Assembly: GCA_019347895.1 (NCBI GenBank)
Contig: JAHWKM010000001.1
Location: 21,924 to 85,923, forward strand
Reading direction: 5' to 3'
Source: Candidatus Parcubacteria bacterium
Lineage (GTDB): Bacteria > Patescibacteriota > Saccharimonadia > Saccharimonadales > 2-12-FULL-41-12
Length of the DNA stretch: 64,000 nt
Under the pieces are notes generated by a model, which searched no databases, was not told where the DNA came from, and saw nothing but the letters and a program-made list of their open reading frames with translations. Shown piece after piece: positions 57,685 through 64,000 of this stretch. The translations under genes were made by a program, and so were the position numbers. Positions within the stretch are counted from its first letter, which is position 1; the number at the start of each line of letters is the position of its first letter.

Positions 57685-59427
57685 TTAATAATCTTCAAGG
57701 GTTGAGGTATCGCCGATGTCTTGGCCAAGTTCCTTTGATTTTAGGATTCGGCGCATGATTTTACCTGAGCGGGTTTTTGGCAATTTGTCGATGAATTCTA
57801 TTTCACGCGGATAAGCGTGGCCGGCCAAATGCTTTTTAACGTGGGCTTGGATTTTAGTCTTTAATTCCTCTGTCTGTTTGACCCCGGGTTGCGTTACAAC
57901 AAAAGCCTTTATAATTTGGCCGCGGATTTCATCGGGCTTGCCGATAACCCCGGCTTCAATAACGTCCGGATAGGTAACAAGTGCGCTCTCGACCTCAAAA
58001 GGACCGACGCGCTCGCCGGCGGTGTTGATGACGTCATCAGACCTGCCGACAAACCAGAAATAGCCGTCTTTATCTTTTATGCCTCGGTCGCCAGAGATAT
58101 ACCATTCGCCCCTGAAGTATGAATCGAATTTTTCCTGATTGTTCCAGATAGTTTTCATGAGCGACGATACAGTTGAAGCTTTTAAAGCCAGATCGCCTTC
58201 TTCGCCAGCCGGCAGTTCGCGGCCACCGTCATCAATCACCGCGGCATAAACACCGGGCAGGGGCTTACCCATAGACCCGGGCTTGATTTCTATGCCGGGA
58301 TAATTAGTGATGCTGATGGCGCCAAGCTCGGTTTGCCACCAGGTATCATGGAACGGCAGGCCGAAAGCGTCCATGCCCCACCAGATAGCCTCGGGATTAA
58401 GCGGCTCGCCAACGCTTGCCAGATGGCGCAGGGAAGAAAGGTCAAAGTCTTTGGGCTGGGTAGGCGCGCCCATCAGCATGCGAATAGCTGTCGGGGCTGA
58501 GTACCAAACCGTGACCTTGTAATCTTGCAAAACTTTATACCAAGCCTCCGGACTGAACCGGCCGTCAAAAATTACCGATGTGCCGCCAAGCCCCCAAATC
58601 CCCAAAACACCGTAAACCACGCCGGTAACCCAGCCTAAATCAGCCGTACACCAATAAATGTCGTCGTCTTGTATGTCTAGCGAATACTTGGTGCTGACCA
58701 TGGCCTGCAGTACATCCAAGTGGCCATGCACCACGCCCTTGGGCTTGCCGGTCGTGCCGGAGGTGTAGAGCATGTAAGAATAATCGTCCTTGCTCATTTT
58801 TGCTGGTTCAAATTCAGCGCTGGCATTAGCCATTTCTTTATCATATGAAACTATGTGTTCGCCCGCCGGCAATTCAGCAGAACCTCTCTCCACTAAAATT
58901 ACCTTCTGCAGCTTTGGCAAATCTTTTTTGATATTTTCTATCCTCGGGTACAGATCAGCGTTAGTAATAATTACGCTTGCTTGAGAATCCTGCAAACGGT
59001 CAAGCAAAGCCATTTCTTGAAAAGCGGCGAACATAGTTCCGGCAATCCCGCCCATTTTTAAAATGCCGAGGAAGGCTACGTAGCGCTCAGGGATAGAAGG
59101 CAAGAATATAAAAACCCGGTCGCCCTTTTTAACATCTTGACCGGTTAAAACATTGGCAAATTGACTGGTTAATTTTTTCATGTCGGCGAAAGTGTAGTCC
59201 TCTTTAGTGCCGTCATCGCCGTTGTAGATAAGGGCTTTCTTATCCTTTTTATCACCTTCGGCGTGCCGGTCAATGCAGTTATAGGCAATGTTCAATGTAC
59301 CGTCCGGGAAGAAATCGACCAGCTCGCCAGCCGCTTTATCCCACGAAAATTCTTGATAGGCTTGTTGGTAATTGGGTAGATTTGGGGTTTTGCGCGGCTT
59401 GCTTTGAATGATCTTTACGTCGGCCAC
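57685..59427 (-). CDS. acsA: Acetate--CoA ligase (AMP-forming)
   Basis: YTSGTTGKPKG, DTWWQTE, GRSDD and LPKTRSGKIMRR motifs. Confidence 0.93.
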   Translation of the reverse strand: MADVKIIQSKPRKTPNLPNYQQAYQEFSWDKAAGELVDFFPDGTLNIAYNCIDRHAEGDKKDKKALIYNGDDGTKEDYTFADMKKLTSQFANVLTGQDVKKGDRVFIFLPSIPERYVAFLGILKMGGIAGTMFAAFQEMALLDRLQDSQASVIITNADLYPRIENIKKDLPKLQKVILVERGSAELPAGEHIVSYDKEMANASAEFEPAKMSKDDYSYMLYTSGTTGKPKGVVHGHLDVLQAMVSTKYSLDIQDDDIYWCTADLGWVTGVVYGVLGIWGLGGTSVIFDGRFSPEAWYKVLQDYKVTVWYSAPTAIRMLMGAPTQPKDFDLSSLRHLASVGEPLNPEAIWWGMDAFGLPFHDTWWQTELGAISITNYPGIEIKPGSMGKPLPGVYAAVIDDGGRELPAGEEGDLALKASTVSSLMKTIWNNQEKFDSYFRGEWYISGDRGIKDKDGYFWFVGRSDDVINTAGERVGPFEVESALVTYPDVIEAGVIGKPDEIRGQIIKAFVVTQPGVKQTEELKTKIQAHVKKHLAGHAYPREIEFIDKLPKTRSGKIMRRILKSKELGQDIGDTSTLEDY

Positions 59428-62204
59428 TAACTTTTTTCTCCTTTGGTCCGGAATTCTTTATCAACATCCATAATACATTGTGTAGTAACCATATGCAGGC
59501 CGTAATCTTCGGCAAATTCTTCCGCCTCGATACTGTTAGCCCCCTCTGCAAGCCAAACTGTTTTAATACCGCCCCGCTCTACAATTTCATCAAGATGTGG
59601 AATAACTTCTTCTGGTTTTCTAAAAATATCAACTATATCAATATGTATGGAATCAGGAACATCGAGGAGCGATTTGTAGGCTTTTTCACCTAAAGTCTCA
59701 GTAATTTTAGGGTTTATAGGTATTATTTTGTAGCCCATTTCTTGGAAATACCTGGCTACTCTATGGCTATGGCGTTCAGGCTTGTCGCTTAAACCGATAA
59801 AAGCGATAGTTCGAGCGTTTTTAAGCAAGTTAATCTGTAAATTATCAGAGGAATAAGTAACCACCGGTTCTTTAGCTGACCATTGCCAATTTTCTATATA
59901 CTCGGGGTCGGCACCGTTTTGAATAATATATTCTCTATGGGCTTCAAGTGCTTTTTTATACTTGGCTTGAAGTTTAGTACACTTGTTTTCGTCCATTACT
60001 TGCTGGGAATAGGCTAGACCTAATATTTCACAAGCCAGGTTATAGCGGTCGGTTTTATTTCTGACCTGCATATCAAAAGGGGTAGTAGTATCACCCTCTT
60101 CAACGTAGCCGTTAATAAAAAAGCGCTTTGGATTTTTGGTGTTAAACAAAATACTTTTCATTGCTTCAGGATAGCCGTGGAAGTTTACAATTACCGGCCG
60201 GTCGACGGTAAAGTATTTTTCGGCATTAGGAATTTGCGGGTGGTACTCGTCGCCACAGCTGCAAGCCGCTTGAAGCCTTAGTATATTAACAAATCGAATC
60301 TTTACATTTGGTGCATCAGCTTTAACCAACTCTATGGCAGCCATGGCCTCCTTAGTAACATAGTCGCCAACTCCAACTACTACTACGTCTGGGTTTTTAT
60401 CGCTAGCAAAATCCCAGACTGAAAGACCATCCTCAAGAGCTTCCTTTGACTGTTTATATGAAAGCCAGCGCGGTTCGGGTGTTTTGCCGGCAGATATTAC
60501 GTTCATGCGGTTTTTTGAGCCAAAAGATTCTTCTAAAATAGCTAGCATGCTATTGTCATCGACTGGAAAGTAGATTTTTATGAAATCGCTATGCTTTTCA
60601 AGCAAACCAGAAATGAAGCCAGGATTTTGATGGCTGTATCCATCGCGCTCCTGACGCCATACAGTCGAAGTCAAAAGATAGTTAAACGAAGGCAAATCTT
60701 GACGCCAGGGCATTTTAATAACCTGTTTGAGGAACTTTTGATAGGTGTGTGCCATACTGCCAAAAATTTGAGCAAAAGCTTCATAGGTTGTAAGCGCTAC
60801 ATGTCTGCCGGTTAAAACATAGCCCTGTGCCAGCCCGTGCATATTATGCTCGGAAAGCATTTCCATTACCTTGCCATCGCGGGTTATGTCTTTGTCATCT
60901 TCATCGTGTGGCCAAACCCAGCCGCGGCCGGTTACATCAAAAACGTTATCTAGCCGGTTGGAATAGGTTTCGTCAGGAGACATTAACCGAAAATTATTCT
61001 TTTCTTTGTTCATTTTGAATATCTCTTTTAGGTAAAACCCTGCCATTCGCATAGCGTTAGACTGGATTTCGCCCGGACTTTCTACAGGTTTCTCCAGTTT
61101 GCTGGCAGCGGGCAAAGATAGCGGCTTAAAGTTTTTTCCAAATACGTGAGGATTATTTCCTATTAAATATTCTTCGTCCGGGATAATATCAAGAATGTCT
61201 TTTGAAAAGCCGTTTTTCTTATCAAACAATTCTTCAAAATGGTAAGACTTAAGCCAGCCTTCTAGGGCTTCGAGTTCTTCGTAATCGCTTCGGACGGTTG
61301 GCATTACAACTTGATGGGCTAGAATAGTGCCTTCGATCTTCTGTCCCCTGAGTTCTTTGATTGTAGTCATTCCTTTGGGGGTACGCATAATAATTACCGG
61401 GTAGCGCGGTTTGAATGGCGGGTTATTACTTCGGGCGTCTTCTTGAATTTGCCGGATTCTTTGATAGGCGGATTCCAGCGTGGCTTGCATTTGCTCGTCC
61501 AGGTTATCTCCTTCAATAAAAAAGGCCTCATAACCATAGCCGCTAAATAAACTTTCTAACTCTTCATTATTCATCCTACCAAAAACAGTCGGGCCGGAAA
61601 TTTTATAACCATTGACATGGATTATAGGCAGCACGACGCCATTAACAGCCGGATCAACTAGCTTATTGATGTGCCAAGCGGCAGCAATGGCTCCTGTTTC
61701 GGCCTCTCCATCCCCGATTAAGCAGGCAGCGATCAAATCCGGATTATCTAAGACAGCACCGTAAGCGGAAGCTAGGGAATAGCCAAGCTCGCCGCCTTCT
61801 AAAATTGCTCCAGGTACTTCGGGGTTACAATGGCTTGAGAAGCCAAGAGGCCAGGTATAATTCTTTGATATATAGGTGATGCCTTCTGAATCTCTAGTCG
61901 CATTATCATAGTATTTTCCCAGGGTACCTTCTATTAAAAGATTTGCTTGAAGGGCGGACTGTCCATGGCCTGGCCCCATGATAAATATGGTTGATTGCCG
62001 GTGTTTCTTAACTAAATAATTGAGGTGAGCATAAACGAAATTAACACCAGGGCAAGTTCCCCAGTGGCCGACCAGTTTTGGCTTCACGTCAGTTGATTTA
62101 AGCGGCCGCTCGAGCAGGAAATTATCCTGCAGGTAAATTTGCGCGACAGACAGGTAATTAGCCGCCCGGACGTACTTTTGAATTTTATCGATGTCTTGTT
62201 GCAA
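59427..62204 (-). CDS. xfp: Phosphoketolase (Xfp) fused to a C-terminal CoA-binding (YccU-like) domain
   Basis: GHWGTCPG, EGGELGY, GDGEAETG, SPDE, DGYSHQNPG; tail IGLSDKPER..DIVDIFRKP..VWL.EG. Confidence 0.92.
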   Translation of the reverse strand: MQQDIDKIQKYVRAANYLSVAQIYLQDNFLLERPLKSTDVKPKLVGHWGTCPGVNFVYAHLNYLVKKHRQSTIFIMGPGHGQSALQANLLIEGTLGKYYDNATRDSEGITYISKNYTWPLGFSSHCNPEVPGAILEGGELGYSLASAYGAVLDNPDLIAACLIGDGEAETGAIAAAWHINKLVDPAVNGVVLPIIHVNGYKISGPTVFGRMNNEELESLFSGYGYEAFFIEGDNLDEQMQATLESAYQRIRQIQEDARSNNPPFKPRYPVIIMRTPKGMTTIKELRGQKIEGTILAHQVVMPTVRSDYEELEALEGWLKSYHFEELFDKKNGFSKDILDIIPDEEYLIGNNPHVFGKNFKPLSLPAASKLEKPVESPGEIQSNAMRMAGFYLKEIFKMNKEKNNFRLMSPDETYSNRLDNVFDVTGRGWVWPHDEDDKDITRDGKVMEMLSEHNMHGLAQGYVLTGRHVALTTYEAFAQIFGSMAHTYQKFLKQVIKMPWRQDLPSFNYLLTSTVWRQERDGYSHQNPGFISGLLEKHSDFIKIYFPVDDNSMLAILEESFGSKNRMNVISAGKTPEPRWLSYKQSKEALEDGLSVWDFASDKNPDVVVVGVGDYVTKEAMAAIELVKADAPNVKIRFVNILRLQAACSCGDEYHPQIPNAEKYFTVDRPVIVNFHGYPEAMKSILFNTKNPKRFFINGYVEEGDTTTPFDMQVRNKTDRYNLACEILGLAYSQQVMDENKCTKLQAKYKKALEAHREYIIQNGADPEYIENWQWSAKEPVVTYSSDNLQINLLKNARTIAFIGLSDKPERHSHRVARYFQEMGYKIIPINPKITETLGEKAYKSLLDVPDSIHIDIVDIFRKPEEVIPHLDEIVERGGIKTVWLAEGANSIEAEEFAEDYGLHMVTTQCIMDVDKEFRTKGEKS

Positions 62205-62313
62205 CCTCAGTGTCCCTTATTTAAGTTAAATAACAGTCTAGTCTATTATAAGGTCAGATAGGAGAAATGGCGAGTCAAAATGACTAAATGCCGGAGGATA
62301 TATCAAGCAAGGT

Positions 62314-63201
62314 ATGAACATCCATCTAAGGCCAGGAAAATACGTAGTAGCTGTCTCTGGCGGAGTAGATTCCGTCGTCCTGCTGCATTTGCTAACCGAA
62401 ATACGAAATACGAAATACGAAATACGACTTTTTGTGGCTCATTATGACCACGGCATCAGAAGCAATTCCCAAGATGACCGGTTATTTGTGGAAAATCTAG
62501 CGGCTGCGTACGGGTTGGCGTTTTTTTACGAAGAAGGAAATTTAGGCGCAAATGCCGGCGAGGCCGAAGCCCGCAAAGCCAGATATAAATTTTTGCGAAG
62601 GATAAAACAGCAAACGGATGCCAATGCGATTATTACGGCGCACCACCAGGACGATGTTATCGAAACAGCCATAATAAACCTGCTGCGCGGAACAACGGCC
62701 AAAGGCTTGGCGGCTTTAAAATCCACCGAAGAAATCGCTCGGCCGTTGCTAGAATTTACAAAACCACAAATTATCGCTTACGCTAAAAGCCGGGGGCTTA
62801 ACTGGCGTGAAGACGAAACCAATTTAGATCCGAAGTACCTGAGAAATTATGTGCGCTACAACCTAACCCCTAAATTAACCAAACAGCAAAAACACAAATT
62901 ACTGCAGCTTATTAGATCATCCTCCGAGACTTTGGGCGAAATTTCAGAAATCATAAAAGAGCTGCTGCCGAAGAAAGGCGAGATTGACCGCCAGGGTTTT
63001 ATAAATTTGCCCCATAGCGTGGCCTGCGAATTGGTCGCCAGCTGGCTAAAAGCCGGGAACCTGGCCGTCGATAAAAAAACAGTCGAGAGGCTGGTGGTCG
63101 GGCTTAAGGCCGCCAAGAATGGGACAAGATTGGATATTAATAAAAACTATCAATTTTTGATTGAAAATGGCATTATTAAAATCCAGCTTTCCTCGAAATA
63201 A
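62314..63201 (+). CDS. tilS: tRNA(Ile)-lysidine synthase
   Basis: AVSGGVDS, DHGIR, ARY, TAHHQDD..ET, RPLL and D.TN....Y.RN motifs. Confidence 0.95.
   Translation: MNIHLRPGKYVVAVSGGVDSVVLLHLLTEIRNTKYEIRLFVAHYDHGIRSNSQDDRLFVENLAAAYGLAFFYEEGNLGANAGEAEARKARYKFLRRIKQQTDANAIITAHHQDDVIETAIINLLRGTTAKGLAALKSTEEIARPLLEFTKPQIIAYAKSRGLNWREDETNLDPKYLRNYVRYNLTPKLTKQQKHKLLQLIRSSSETLGEISEIIKELLPKKGEIDRQGFINLPHSVACELVASWLKAGNLAVDKKTVERLVVGLKAAKNGTRLDINKNYQFLIENGIIKIQLSSK
62397..62427 (+). repeat. In-frame heptamer tandem repeat (CGAAATA x4.4) inside tilS
   Basis: Translates as EIRNTKYEIR. Confidence 0.9.
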
Positions 63202-63249
63202 GGAAAACTTTAGAAATACTTTTATGAAAGGTATAATAGTCACTGTTAA

Positions 63250-64000
63250 ATGGATAAAGAGCCTTTTAAGCTAAAAAGCGGCGGTCCGAAAGGACCCAAG
63301 AATAAGAAGCAAAATTATAAAAATATTATTTTTATAATACTGATTGCTCTTTTTGGTTTGCTCATATTTTCTTCTTTCGGTCAAAAAGAAGAGCTTGATG
63401 AAGTTGCCTTCTCCGAGGTTATTACCCGAGCTAATAAAGGCGACATAAAGAAGATCGAGATAGCCGGCAATGAACTAAAAATTACCCCGGAAAAAAAAGA
63501 GGAAGCTACCCAGAAATCCCGCAAAGAGGCTGGTTCGAGTATTTATGAACAAGGGTTGGAAAAGGACGCCTCGGTAGTGGTTGATGTTCAGGAGGAATCT
63601 AGGACCGGCCAATTTTGGCAGCAGTTGGGCATGGCTTTGCTGCCAATCCTTCTCATCGGCGCGCTGCTTTTTTACATGCTTCGGAGCGCTCAAGGACAAG
63701 GCAACCAGGCGCTTAGCTTTGGTAAAAGCCGGGCCAGACTATACGGCAACGAAAAAGAGAAGGTTAACTTCAAAGACATCGCCGGTAGCGACGAGGCAAA
63801 ACAAGATTTAGAAGAAATTGTAGAGTTTTTAAAGTTTCCCAAAAAATTTGAGTCAGTCGGGGCCCGGATTCCAAAAGGAGTGTTGCTGGTCGGACCTCCG
63901 GGTACCGGTAAAACTATGCTGGCGCGAGCCACAGCCGGCGAAGCTAACGCGCCGTTCTTTTCTATCAGCGGCTCGGAGTTTGTGGAAATGTTTGTGGGCG
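63250..64000 (+). CDS. ftsH: ATP-dependent zinc metalloprotease FtsH, 3'-truncated by the window
   Basis: Two TMs, [43 protein letters not shown]; follows tilS. Confidence 0.95.
   Translation, partial: MDKEPFKLKSGGPKGPKNKKQNYKNIIFIILIALFGLLIFSSFGQKEELDEVAFSEVITRANKGDIKKIEIAGNELKITPEKKEEATQKSRKEAGSSIYEQGLEKDASVVVDVQEESRTGQFWQQLGMALLPILLIGALLFYMLRSAQGQGNQALSFGKSRARLYGNEKEKVNFKDIAGSDEAKQDLEEIVEFLKFPKKFESVGARIPKGVLLVGPPGTGKTMLARATAGEANAPFFSISGSEFVEMFVG

Noticed and set aside
63475-63932. Short track ORFs at the window end
   Set aside because: They lie within ftsH, which the track missed because its stop is outside the window
1-64000. Recoded UGA (genetic code 25) or a prophage
   Set aside because: Conserved genes are intact under code 11 and several end in TGA; no phage structural, terminase or integrase genes seen

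Overview
Bacterial chromosome segment, most likely a Patescibacteria/CPR (Candidatus Saccharibacteria-like) genome. That assignment is an inference from gene content, archaeal-type AspRS, many short orphan genes and frequent SD-less starts. The window has housekeeping genes (aspS, tsaC/sua5-type, murC, dus, pyrE-like, nnrD, tilS, partial ftsH), ion transporters (CPA2/Kef, NhaA, CaCA), a stress block (Hsp20 with CIRCE, YtxH, DUF892, DEAD-box), a Crp + PAS-kinase pair, and an xfp(+CoA-binding fusion)-acsA operon. All three CAU-anticodon tRNAs (Ile2, fMet, Met) are present, and each has acquired DNA at its 3' end. The most notable features are: (1) an AT-rich four-gene operon coupled by ATGA overlaps (SocA/Panacea-like wHTH, membrane protein, PD-(D/E)xK nuclease-like, and a TGT-like CxCxxC-H protein), which is a candidate undescribed defence/modification system; (2) a 120-nt structured leader with covariation and a possible pseudoknot, duplicated directly 5' of both Met tRNAs; (3) a cassette-like array of orphan genes separated by tRNA-derived hairpin repeats and by homologous orphaned 'recombinase tail' junctions. 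All calls were made by eye; no database searches were run.
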